From IMG/VR virus record IMGVR_UViG_3300017991_000001, positions 62,001-126,000 of that record: a DNA stretch of 64,000 nt. One strand, given 5' to 3'. Both the position numbers and the translations under genes were made by a program. Of the stretch, positions 35,891-43,995 are shown one piece after another; position 1 is the stretch's first letter; each line of letters starts with the position of its first letter. A model generated the notes under the pieces. That model was not told the origin of the DNA and made no database searches. It saw only the letters and a list, made by a program, of their open reading frames with translations.

Positions 35891-36351
35891 TCGGGATCGA
35901 TCACCAGGGGCCGTTGCAGTGGTGGTTGAAGGAGATGAAGAAAGGGTACAAGGACCACACCCGACACGGGTACTACAGTCGCCCGCCGCTATGCCGGACT
36001 GTTGAAACCTTTCGGACGTATTCCCCCGGCGGTGTTTTGTGCCAGGCGTACAGCGGCGTTATGGGCACGCATGGGTTCAGCTACGCCTACGAGGGGCATG
36101 GTCGCCTCTACCCGGAATGTGTACCGTTCGTGTGGCGGACCCGGTGCGGCCGTACGTGTGGCAGCATCTTCAGCGTGCCCAAACCGGTGCGCGAGTGGTG
36201 GGCGAGCCACTACTACAGCGAGCTGCCGTTCAGCGCGTTGATCCCCTATCTCGAAGACAAGAACCTTACGATCGACGCCTTCTCGGTGCTCCTGATGACG
36301 GGGGCGCCGTGGCTGGGTTGTGAGGACAAACCGTTGAAAGGATCGAAATGA
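35887..36351 (+). CDS. Family B paralog 7
   Basis: YSPGGVLC...WW...ELPF...FSVLLMTGAPW. Confidence 0.75.
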   Translation: MIGIDHQGPLQWWLKEMKKGYKDHTRHGYYSRPPLCRTVETFRTYSPGGVLCQAYSGVMGTHGFSYAYEGHGRLYPECVPFVWRTRCGRTCGSIFSVPKPVREWWASHYYSELPFSALIPYLEDKNLTIDAFSVLLMTGAPWLGCEDKPLKGSK

Positions 36352-36524
36352 GCGAAGCGGCCAAACGGGCCAGAAGGTTGCGGCAGCAGGGGTTTGACAA
36401 GGCGTTCGTGGACCGGTCGACCGGCGCGGTCTGCGTGCGTTGCAGCCAGTGTGAGGCGCTGGTGATATGCGGGGTGCCCTGCCACGAGAAGGGCTGCCCG
36501 AACGAGGTGAGGGATGACGACTGA
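36348..36524 (+). CDS. Small Cys-rich phage protein (58 aa, not in ORF track)
   Basis: VRCSQCEALVICGVPCHEKGCPN; ATGA overlap. Confidence 0.65.
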   Translation: MSEAAKRARRLRQQGFDKAFVDRSTGAVCVRCSQCEALVICGVPCHEKGCPNEVRDDD

Positions 36525-36792
36525 GGAAGACCTGAAAGAGGCGCTGGCCGGCATGTGCTACCAGTTCGCCTACCGCGGCAAGACGAAAGAGGGCCGCCTG
36601 ACCATCTGGACGGGCGGCCTTTCTGCACTGGAGCTGGCGTTTCAGGAGCTGGGGTGGGAGGACCCTCACCCTTACCCGGAAGGGGAATGCCAGAACGAGG
36701 GCTGCTACAACGAGGCGACCTGCGGGAAGCCTACACCCGAGGGTTACAAGTTCCTGTGTGGGAGCTGCGATGCCAAAAAACACTCTCCGTAG
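36514..36792 (+). CDS. Hypothetical Cys-rich protein
   Basis: GGLSALE..F..LGW; C...C...C...CGSC. Confidence 0.6.
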   Translation: MTTEEDLKEALAGMCYQFAYRGKTKEGRLTIWTGGLSALELAFQELGWEDPHPYPEGECQNEGCYNEATCGKPTPEGYKFLCGSCDAKKHSP

Positions 36793-37060
36793 CGTCAAAA
36801 TCACGTTCGACCGGAAGGATCGCTGCATCGACGAATACGGTGTTTGGGTGTGGTGGTACCGGACTTCTAGCCGCTTTGCTATCCAGCAGGCCGATAGTGA
36901 CAACCACGTCGACCCGGACAGAATGATCGGTATCCCACGTAACCTCCGGGTCCTGAAGGCCCTGATCAAGGAGCTGCAGTGGCACGTGACGGACCTGGAG
37001 GCGGACCAGCTGACAAAGGGGACGCTCGATGGAGATACCACCGATGCCGGCGGCACGTAA
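36770..37060 (+). CDS. Family C paralog 1 (EADQL)
   Basis: IGIPRN..VLK...TDLEADQLTKGTLD. Confidence 0.7.
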   Translation: MPKNTLRSVKITFDRKDRCIDEYGVWVWWYRTSSRFAIQQADSDNHVDPDRMIGIPRNLRVLKALIKELQWHVTDLEADQLTKGTLDGDTTDAGGT

Positions 37061-37370
37061 GCGCAAGCGCGTGAACTTCGACGTCAAGATCCCCGTAACA
37101 GACAATCATACGGAGGGGGTGATCGGGGGCTTGCGGCTCACCGACTTCCTTGCCGACGAGCACACACCCGTAGGGAAGGTGTGGTTTACGCCCATAGTCA
37201 GGTGGACGTACCCGAGAAGCGGCAAGAAGAGCGAGACGCGCGGAAACATACTGTCGATCCCGCGCGACCCGAAGGCCCTGCGCAAGATCGCGGCGTTTCT
37301 GCTGGACGTGGCCGACGACGCGGAGGCCGATCAACTGACGAAAGGAACACTCGATGCCGAACCAGATTGA
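37029..37370 (+). CDS. Family C paralog 2
   Basis: LSIPRD..ALR...DDAEADQLTKGTLD. Confidence 0.7.
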   Translation: MEIPPMPAARKRKRVNFDVKIPVTDNHTEGVIGGLRLTDFLADEHTPVGKVWFTPIVRWTYPRSGKKSETRGNILSIPRDPKALRKIAAFLLDVADDAEADQLTKGTLDAEPD

Positions 37371-37629
37371 GCGGGTGATGTTGCCGCTGACGAGGGACGG
37401 TGAGCCGTTCATGCTCGAAGTGCTGGACGACGAGGCGCGCGAACGGGTGTCTTTCCGTCCGGTCATAATGGACAAGAACACGTACGCGAACTACGACCTC
37501 GAGCGGTACGGCGAGATGGTAACCGTACCGCGGGTTGCGCGCGTGTTGCGCGAGATCGGACAGATCCTGCTGGACAGGGCGACGGACATCGAAGCCGATC
37601 AACTGGCGAAAGGGACACTGGATGACTGA
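37354..37629 (+). CDS. Family C paralog 3
   Basis: VTVPRV..VLR...TDIEADQLAKGTLD. Confidence 0.7.
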   Translation: MPNQIERVMLPLTRDGEPFMLEVLDDEARERVSFRPVIMDKNTYANYDLERYGEMVTVPRVARVLREIGQILLDRATDIEADQLAKGTLDD

Positions 37630-37975
37630 GAGCATACCGTATCCGTACGAGTACAACATAACGGTGGGTGGCATGCTGGTGGACACGTGTCACCGGATGG
37701 TTGGTCTGCCCGGACACTTCGAGGTTCGGATCACGCCGTTTTACAGGGGCGGATCGTACGTTGACCGGGGAAACAACGCGTCGCCGATCACCATCCCTCG
37801 AAAGAAGGAGGTGCTGGAGCGGTTCATCAAGGTGTTCCAGGCGGCGATAACGGACATAGAGGCCGAGGCGCTGGCAAGGGGGTTGGAGGAGATCAGGTTC
37901 GAGCACACCGAGACGGGAATCTGCCGGAAGCGTGACCCCGAGACCGGACAGGAGCTGAGAAGGGAGAGCGGATGA
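37622..37975 (+). CDS. Family C paralog 4
   Basis: ITIPRK..VLE...TDIEAEALARG. Confidence 0.7.
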   Translation: MTESIPYPYEYNITVGGMLVDTCHRMVGLPGHFEVRITPFYRGGSYVDRGNNASPITIPRKKEVLERFIKVFQAAITDIEAEALARGLEEIRFEHTETGICRKRDPETGQELRRESG

Positions 37976-38280
37976 CGGATCACGAAAAGAAGGTGCAGGA
38001 CCTGGTTATCGAGTTTCCGCCGAGCTTTGCCGGGTGGTTCAACGCTCGTTCGTGCGGGGTTTGCATCTCTTTCAGGCAAAGAGGCACGAGTCTTCACGAC
38101 ATGACGAGGGAAGACAACGCCGCACCTATGAGGTGTACGAACCCAACCATCGTGTTCCCCAATAATGTCCAGTTCCTGCGCACGCTGAGCGAGGCGCTGG
38201 GGATCGTGGCCGATGACCTGGAAGCCGACAACCTGACCCGGGGCATCGAGGAGGAGAAGGTGAGGGTTTACGCATGGTGA
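37972..38280 (+). CDS. Family C paralog 5
   Basis: IVFPNN..FLR...DDLEADNLTRG. Confidence 0.7.
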   Translation: MTDHEKKVQDLVIEFPPSFAGWFNARSCGVCISFRQRGTSLHDMTREDNAAPMRCTNPTIVFPNNVQFLRTLSEALGIVADDLEADNLTRGIEEEKVRVYAW

Positions 38281-38579
38281 TCGTACCCAAGAGCTATGCC
38301 AAGCATTACTGGGGCAACCTGTGTGAGATCACGCGCTGCCCGAGGGAGGGCTGCGACGGCGACCTGCGTTTCTCCGTAGGTGGCGACGAGAACACGGACT
38401 GGAAGCAGGGGTGCGGCGGCTACGAGGACGCGCCCACGGCCAAGTTTCGGTGTCAGAAGTGCAACCTGGGTATCGTTATCTCGAACCCCAGGTCGTTTCT
38501 GACCAAGAACTGTTTCGATAAGGACGGAAAGCTGAGGAAGCGAGATGATTCACGGACTGGAGATGATAAAGGAGCATAA
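38274..38579 (+). CDS. Zn-ribbon hypothetical protein
   Basis: CPREGC...CQKC. Confidence 0.55.
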   Translation: MVIVPKSYAKHYWGNLCEITRCPREGCDGDLRFSVGGDENTDWKQGCGGYEDAPTAKFRCQKCNLGIVISNPRSFLTKNCFDKDGKLRKRDDSRTGDDKGA

Positions 38580-39087
38580 GTGGTTCAAGGACCACCAGGT
38601 CACGAGCCACAGCATCGACCGCATCGTCTGGCAGAAGCCAGGCTCGTCGGTCTACCGGGCGGATTACATCCTGCACGGGCCGTTCCTGGCCGTCGTGGGC
38701 GACATGGGCGAGGCCGTCTACCAGTGGTCGGAGAACCTGACGTGGGCGTTCCTGAACGGGCTGAACTTCGGCTACTTCCACAGCAAGTGCCGGGCGAGCC
38801 CCAAGGGGTTCCCCTGGTACGACTGGGACGAGCAGGTGGCCAGGAAACAGGTGGACGAGCTGTTCGACGGCAGCGATTACCTGGACAAGAGCAATCGCGA
38901 CGAGTGCCTGTCCGCCTGCAGCAGCGAGTCGGACTGGCAGATGTTCACGATGGAGAAGGGCTACGAGATGTTGGGCAGCGACTGGTGGGAGCTGAACATC
39001 GGCAAGGTGCCGGCATTGCAGTGCGTGGGGCACTGGTACGGCCTCAAGCTGGCAACAAACTTCACATTGGGGAAAACGGATGGCTAA
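38545..39087 (+). CDS. Conserved-looking phage protein
   Basis: FKDH...WQKPGSSVY...LAVVGDMGEAVYQW...GYFHSK. Confidence 0.65.
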   Translation: MIHGLEMIKEHKWFKDHQVTSHSIDRIVWQKPGSSVYRADYILHGPFLAVVGDMGEAVYQWSENLTWAFLNGLNFGYFHSKCRASPKGFPWYDWDEQVARKQVDELFDGSDYLDKSNRDECLSACSSESDWQMFTMEKGYEMLGSDWWELNIGKVPALQCVGHWYGLKLATNFTLGKTDG

Positions 39088-39415
39088 GAGAAGGAAGATC
39101 TGGGTCGTGGAGAGCTGCTGTCACGACGAGGACCAGAAGTTCGCGGATGTCATCGCGGCCGGCTCCAGCGAGGAGGCGGTGCGCGAGGCGAAGCTGTTGC
39201 GCGAGCGTTATGCGGAGGGCTTCGAGGCCTGCACGCTGGCCGAGCACATCAAGTGGCTGAAGCGCGGCCTGAAGGTCTACGAGAAATACGTCGGCAAGCC
39301 GGAGAAGGCGCAGAAGGAGTGGGACGAGTTCCTGAAGCAGGAGGACCCCGAGCTGGTCCGCGACGAGAACGGACGCCTGACACACAAGGAAGACCTGGAG
39401 GACGAGGACGAGTGA
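39080..39415 (+). CDS. Hypothetical protein
   Basis: Intact ORF overlapping neighbours. Confidence 0.55.
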   Translation: MAKRRKIWVVESCCHDEDQKFADVIAAGSSEEAVREAKLLRERYAEGFEACTLAEHIKWLKRGLKVYEKYVGKPEKAQKEWDEFLKQEDPELVRDENGRLTHKEDLEDEDE

Positions 39416-39750
39416 CGTACCTCTACCACTTGACCTGGGACATCCGCGTGCCGTCGATCTTGAAGAAGGGACTTATCCCCAACTACCGCCCCAACAAATG
39501 GTCGATGCCAAGGGCGCTCAAGCGTAGCAAGGGGCGGACGTTCCTATGTAAGCACAGTCGCAGGGGGTACTGGTCGTCGGTGTTCGGGGGCGGCTGGGCG
39601 GGGCGTGTCAAGAACGCCACGCTGGTCTGGTTGAAGGTTAACGTCAAGGGCCTGAGGTTAAGGAAGGACAAGGGGACCCTGGAAGGCGATTTCTCGATTA
39701 CAAAGGTGATTCCACCAGAGAGGATCAAACTGGATGCGAGGAGGTCCTAA
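39412..39750 (+). CDS. Possible ADP-ribosyltransferase-fold (Tpt1/KptA-like) protein
   Basis: YLYHLT...SILKKGL.P...TFL...WLKVNVKGL. Confidence 0.4.
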   Translation: MTYLYHLTWDIRVPSILKKGLIPNYRPNKWSMPRALKRSKGRTFLCKHSRRGYWSSVFGGGWAGRVKNATLVWLKVNVKGLRLRKDKGTLEGDFSITKVIPPERIKLDARRS

Positions 39751-40984
39751 ACCACACTGGCTGTCGTTCATACAGGACGCGCTGCCACTGCTGAAGAAGA
39801 TGACGTCCCTGGACTGGCCCCAGACCTACTGGGAGTCGCTGGAGCACTACGAGGAGCTGGATTACTACTACTTCCAGCGCCTGCCGTTCGTGGGAGGCAT
39901 GGACATGCTCAAGGCCCGGCTGGCCACGCTGGGCATGGCCGAGCGGGACATCGCCGCGCAGGTCCACGTGCTGCAGGAGGAGGCCTACGGGGTCATGTCC
40001 TTCCACAAGCATGAGTGCCGGGTGATCAGGCCCACCGCCGACGCGGTGAGCGCGCTGTGCCGGACCGAGGTGAACGTGCCGCTGGTGGACATCGTGGCGC
40101 CGTACCCGCACGTGTACATCGCCCTGCCCAAGGAGCAGAAGTTGAAGGTCAGGCACTTCCGCGACCCGGACAAGATGGTTGACCTGCAGGGCATGTACGT
40201 CACCTGGGCCCCCACGGGTCAGGCGACGAAGGACGCGCTCGCCGCCAGCGACGAGGTCGTCTTCAAGCGAAACAAGTGGGGCCTGATCGTGCCGGAGCAC
40301 CAGGCCGCCGCCGATGATGAAGTCGTGAAGCCTTCCCCGGAGATGTTCGGGGACTGGGCGTGCCGCGTGCAGGCGGTGGCCTGGGCCGGCCCGGACCAGA
40401 AGCACAACTACACGACCACCTTCTTCAACATGCGGTGGCTGGAAGACACCAAGGAGGAAGCGGAGGGCGCCTACAAGCGCTTCACCGAGCACTGGATGCC
40501 GTCCTACGAGAAGTGTCCGGGCGGGCAGCTGGGCAGCTTCGAGCTCAACGAGCAGCTCTTCCACCTGGTCGCGAACCTGTACCTCTACATGTCGCAGAAG
40601 GGCGACGACGAGGACGTGGTCTGGATGCCGGACGAGGACCGGGAGCGGTACCGCCAGCGCAAGCAGCGCCGCATGGGGTCCAAGCAGCGCCGCAAGCTCA
40701 AGCAGCGCCTGCTCGAGGAGATGCCCACGGATGAGTGGATCGTGGGCCAGAAGTTGAAAGTTGACAAAAGTATCGAAGAGTCCGATACTGGCGAACAACT
40801 TGGGACAGGCAAGAAACACGCGTCTCCGAAGACGCACTGGCGGCGGGCGCACTGGCACGGGTACTGGACCGGACCGAGGCAGGGGCCCCGCAAGAAGGTG
40901 TACAGGCGGGTCGAGCGCGTCCTGATCGTGGGGCGCGGCAAGAAGCCCGACTACACCTTGATCTCGGTGGAGAAGAAGAAATGA
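39734..40984 (+). CDS. Large hypothetical protein with C-terminal SPxxHWRRxHW motif
   Basis: SPKTHWRRAHWHGYWTG. Confidence 0.65.
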   Translation: MRGGPKPHWLSFIQDALPLLKKMTSLDWPQTYWESLEHYEELDYYYFQRLPFVGGMDMLKARLATLGMAERDIAAQVHVLQEEAYGVMSFHKHECRVIRPTADAVSALCRTEVNVPLVDIVAPYPHVYIALPKEQKLKVRHFRDPDKMVDLQGMYVTWAPTGQATKDALAASDEVVFKRNKWGLIVPEHQAAADDEVVKPSPEMFGDWACRVQAVAWAGPDQKHNYTTTFFNMRWLEDTKEEAEGAYKRFTEHWMPSYEKCPGGQLGSFELNEQLFHLVANLYLYMSQKGDDEDVVWMPDEDRERYRQRKQRRMGSKQRRKLKQRLLEEMPTDEWIVGQKLKVDKSIEESDTGEQLGTGKKHASPKTHWRRAHWHGYWTGPRQGPRKKVYRRVERVLIVGRGKKPDYTLISVEKKK

Positions 40985-41292
40985 AAATCTGTGAATTCGT
41001 CGCAGAGCTGATGAGTAACAAGGACGTCCTGCTGAACGGCCACAACGTGCTGGACGAGTCGGTTACCCATACGTGCAACCTGGACGAGAAGGTGTTTGCC
41101 AAGCTCCACCCGGATCAGCAGTGGATGCTGCTCTGCGAGCTTCGGAAGCTCCTGTCCAAGTGCGACCATGCCTACGACGCGGGCCGCGTGGCGCGGGGCG
41201 AGTTGACGGAAGGCGATGTCAACCGCCTCCGCAGCGGCATGGGCGGCGTTGAGGGGAGCGACTTGAGGACGCTTAGGGGACTCGGCGGATGA
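40981..41292 (+). CDS. Hypothetical protein
   Basis: ATGA overlap. Confidence 0.5.
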   Translation: MKICEFVAELMSNKDVLLNGHNVLDESVTHTCNLDEKVFAKLHPDQQWMLLCELRKLLSKCDHAYDAGRVARGELTEGDVNRLRSGMGGVEGSDLRTLRGLGG

Positions 41293-42035
41293 AATCCGAA
41301 GAAATCAGGATCTACGCGTTGCTGTACGGTCCCCACGAGGACCTGCACCGGCGCTTGCTGGACAGCATCGCCAGGAATGTCCCTGAGGACGTGGGGCTCG
41401 ACCTGTGGCTGAACGTCGTGGGCGACGCCACCAAGTACATGGTCAGCGAGTTGGGCGGCGGCCCGCGCAGCGTGCACGTCAACACGAGCGATACAAACGT
41501 GCCGAAGTACGAGGCCATGCGCGAGATGTTCGGGCGGTTGAAGGCGGGCGCGCACCCGGAGGTCAAGTGGCTCGTCTGGTTCGACGACGACGCTCACATC
41601 GAGGGAGAGTACGGTCACTGGTGGATTCACACGACAGGGTGGATCAAGGAGCGCGAGCCCAAGAACGTCTGCTACACGGGCCAGTGCTGGTTCATTGACT
41701 GGAAGGCGGGGCAGGAGCAGTTCATCCGGGAGGCACCCTGGTACAAGGGGCTGCCGGCCAAGATGGTGGGCAACAAGCGCAAGCGGCCGGGCATCGAGTT
41801 CGCGCAGGGGTCGTACTGGTGGCTGAGGCGCGACGTCATGCAGCAGTTGGATTGGCCGGACCCGCGGCTCAAGCACAACGGCGGCGACACCATGCTCGGC
41901 GAAGCGGTTCGCCAACAGGGGTTGCCGTTCCACAAGCTGCCGTGGGACTGTTTCGGCGTGAAGACCAACGACGCACCCCGGCGCGGGCACCACGAGGCGC
42001 CGGCCGGGTGCATCGACAAGAATGCGAGGGCCTGA
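41289..42035 (+). CDS. GT-A fold (GT2-like) glycosyltransferase
   Basis: WLVWFDDDAHI (DxD), FAQGSYWWLRRD, GGDTMLG. Confidence 0.65.
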   Translation: MKSEEIRIYALLYGPHEDLHRRLLDSIARNVPEDVGLDLWLNVVGDATKYMVSELGGGPRSVHVNTSDTNVPKYEAMREMFGRLKAGAHPEVKWLVWFDDDAHIEGEYGHWWIHTTGWIKEREPKNVCYTGQCWFIDWKAGQEQFIREAPWYKGLPAKMVGNKRKRPGIEFAQGSYWWLRRDVMQQLDWPDPRLKHNGGDTMLGEAVRQQGLPFHKLPWDCFGVKTNDAPRRGHHEAPAGCIDKNARA

Positions 42036-42421
42036 TGTTAGTGGAGATGAGACTGACGGTCGAAGTGGAAAGTGCCGGTAAGAAGAAGGGCGACACGGAG
42101 GATTACATACAGCTGCACAGGCAGCTGGAGATGGAGGTCATACCTTCAAGAGGTGACATCCTTTATTCGGAGCATGATTTGGTACTCCGGGTCAAGGAGG
42201 TGCGCCACTACATAGACAGATCTCCCCCCTTGATTGAGTTGGATCTGGAGGAGGACGAAGCGCCTGTTCAACCAGATCGTCTTGATTTGGAGGCACTTCG
42301 GCAAGGGTGGATGTCTTTCATGTGGAAGCACGGGTGGGTGGTGGACCTGGACGACTCGCTTTTACCTAGAAGAGGCGACATGTGGTTACTGCTAGAGCCC
42401 TTTAAGAGAAAAGAGAGATAA
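42035..42421 (+). CDS. Hypothetical protein (AT-richer codons)
   Basis: TGATG overlap; ends 5 nt before the tmRNA. Confidence 0.45.
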   Translation: MLVEMRLTVEVESAGKKKGDTEDYIQLHRQLEMEVIPSRGDILYSEHDLVLRVKEVRHYIDRSPPLIELDLEEDEAPVQPDRLDLEALRQGWMSFMWKHGWVVDLDDSLLPRRGDMWLLLEPFKRKER

Positions 42422-42425
42422 CGCT

Positions 42426-42790
42426 GGGCCCGATTTAGATTCGACGGCGGGTACGGAGGATGTGGCAGCACGCCGCGGTTGATCGGTTGGCCGCGTTATC
42501 AAGCCGATCACACAATCAAATGCCAAGACGAAAGTCGTGGCCGGCGACTTCGGCGCAAGCCGGGTCGCCCTCGCTGCTTAACCGACAGCGGGTGAAGGTG
42601 CCCGTACTCCTGGTCCCCAGGTAAGAACGGGAAGGTCCAAAGGGGGATGGCAGCGGGGAAGACTGCTGACGGCAACCAAAGGCTGCTGACGGGGCCGCCG
42701 GGTCCTGGGAAAGACCGAACCCGGATAAGCGTGTAGAGACCCCTTCCGAAGTTCCGGCGGACTTGGGTGCAAATCCCAACGGGTCCACCA
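42426..42790 (+). ncRNA. ssrA: tmRNA (one-piece); tag ORF 42522-42581 = AKTKVVAGDFGASRVALAA*
   Basis: Acceptor GGGCCCG/CGGGTCC with G3-U70, ACCA 3' end, GATTCGAC D-loop motif, GAC plus T-arm TTGGG-TGCAAAT-CCCAA, tag ending ALAA-TAA, 365 nt. Confidence 0.95.
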
Positions 42791-42809
42791 TTTATAGGAG
42801 TGGATTTTA

Positions 42810-43262
42810 ATGCATGCAGGTGAAGCGTTGTGGACGCTGTACGCTGCGCTGGCGGCCGTTGGCCAGCGCACCCTGAAGGACCCCGGGGCGAACGCCCTGT
42901 TGACGAAGGCGGAGGAGTGCTGCGCCGTACTCGGGCAGCACATCAAGGTCGAGCCGCCCCCGATCGACCAGAAGATGCTCAGGGCGGCGGACCTGGTTGA
43001 GCGGCTGGTGCAGGCGGACGAGGCCGAAAGTAAGGCCAGTACGATTACGGATGGCGCGGCCCGCGAGGCCTTCGACCTGGCGGTCGGCATCCTGGAGGAC
43101 CTGGACGAGCTGCCCGACCGGGCGGAGGAGTTCACGGAGTCCGTGCGGGAGAAGGTTACCAGCATGCGCGACAGCATTGAGAAGTACGACAACGTGACGG
43201 CGCCGATGATGAAGGCGCTGCAGAACATGCGTGGGGGCGTCGACAGGTGGCTGAAGCGATAG
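42810..43262 (+). CDS. Hypothetical helical acidic protein
   Basis: AGGAG RBS. Confidence 0.6.
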   Translation: MHAGEALWTLYAALAAVGQRTLKDPGANALLTKAEECCAVLGQHIKVEPPPIDQKMLRAADLVERLVQADEAESKASTITDGAAREAFDLAVGILEDLDELPDRAEEFTESVREKVTSMRDSIEKYDNVTAPMMKALQNMRGGVDRWLKR

Positions 43263-43270
43263 GAGAGAAC

Positions 43271-43957
43271 ATGTCGGGTGAAGACAAGGTCCCTTCGGTC
43301 AAGGAACGCATACAGCAGAAGGCTTCGGGCGCGCACAAGACGCCCGAGGAGTTGAAGGCGGAGACGACGCAACGCATCGCCAAGGAGGTGTTCAACGTCG
43401 AATCGCCGATTACGGAGGAACGGCGGATCGCGGCGAACCTGGAACGCGACAAGCTCAAGGCCAAGCAGGCCGGCAAGCTGCAGCTGCTCAACATGAGCGG
43501 CGGCCACCTGGCCAACCTGATCGTCGGGATCTGGACGTTGATGTCGGTCACGGCGGCGGTGGTGGCCATGGTGACGTACTACTTCCTGTTGATTCACATC
43601 GAGGAGGCGCGCAAGGCTGCGCCTGTGCCGGCGAAGCAGGAGCCGGTCGTGGTCAATGTGCCTCCCATGCCGGAAACCAAACCCCCACAACTGTTCGTCT
43701 TCCTGCCTGGTAAAGAGGGCACGAAGACCATCAGGGTGGAGGGCATCAACCCGGCCACCTGGCCGGACGAGGTGCGCATCCGGCTTTCCGACATGGAGGC
43801 GCTGAAGTCGATTTTGAAGGAGCTGAAGCCCCCGGACCCTCCAAAGGCCGCCCCGCCAAAGAAGAAGGCGCGGGCGGCAAAAAGCACACAAGTCCAGAAG
43901 GGTAAGGACGGTAGCGAGTGGCTACCGCCTCCGAGGGACGTGGTTCCGCGGCAGTAG
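43271..43957 (+). CDS. Membrane protein with Pro-rich C-terminus
   Basis: AGGAG RBS; long hydrophobic segment LIVGIWTLMSVTAAVVAMVTYYFLLI. Confidence 0.6.
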   Translation: MSGEDKVPSVKERIQQKASGAHKTPEELKAETTQRIAKEVFNVESPITEERRIAANLERDKLKAKQAGKLQLLNMSGGHLANLIVGIWTLMSVTAAVVAMVTYYFLLIHIEEARKAAPVPAKQEPVVVNVPPMPETKPPQLFVFLPGKEGTKTIRVEGINPATWPDEVRIRLSDMEALKSILKELKPPDPPKAAPPKKKARAAKSTQVQKGKDGSEWLPPPRDVVPRQ

Positions 43958-43995
43958 GCTTCACATAACCCACAACATGCAGTACACTTCGGGAC

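Noticed and set aside
16681-38280. CRISPR array, integron cassettes or DGR as the source of the repeats
   Set aside because: Repeats are diverged coding motifs, not identical spaced DNA repeats. No attC-like palindromes, cas genes, integrase, reverse transcriptase or adenine-specific TR/VR pair were seen in the window.
39725-40858. 377-aa minus-strand ORF (and similar long antisense ORFs at 26556, 45921, 48403, 53979)
   Set aside because: Shadows of well-supported plus-strand genes in high-GC DNA.
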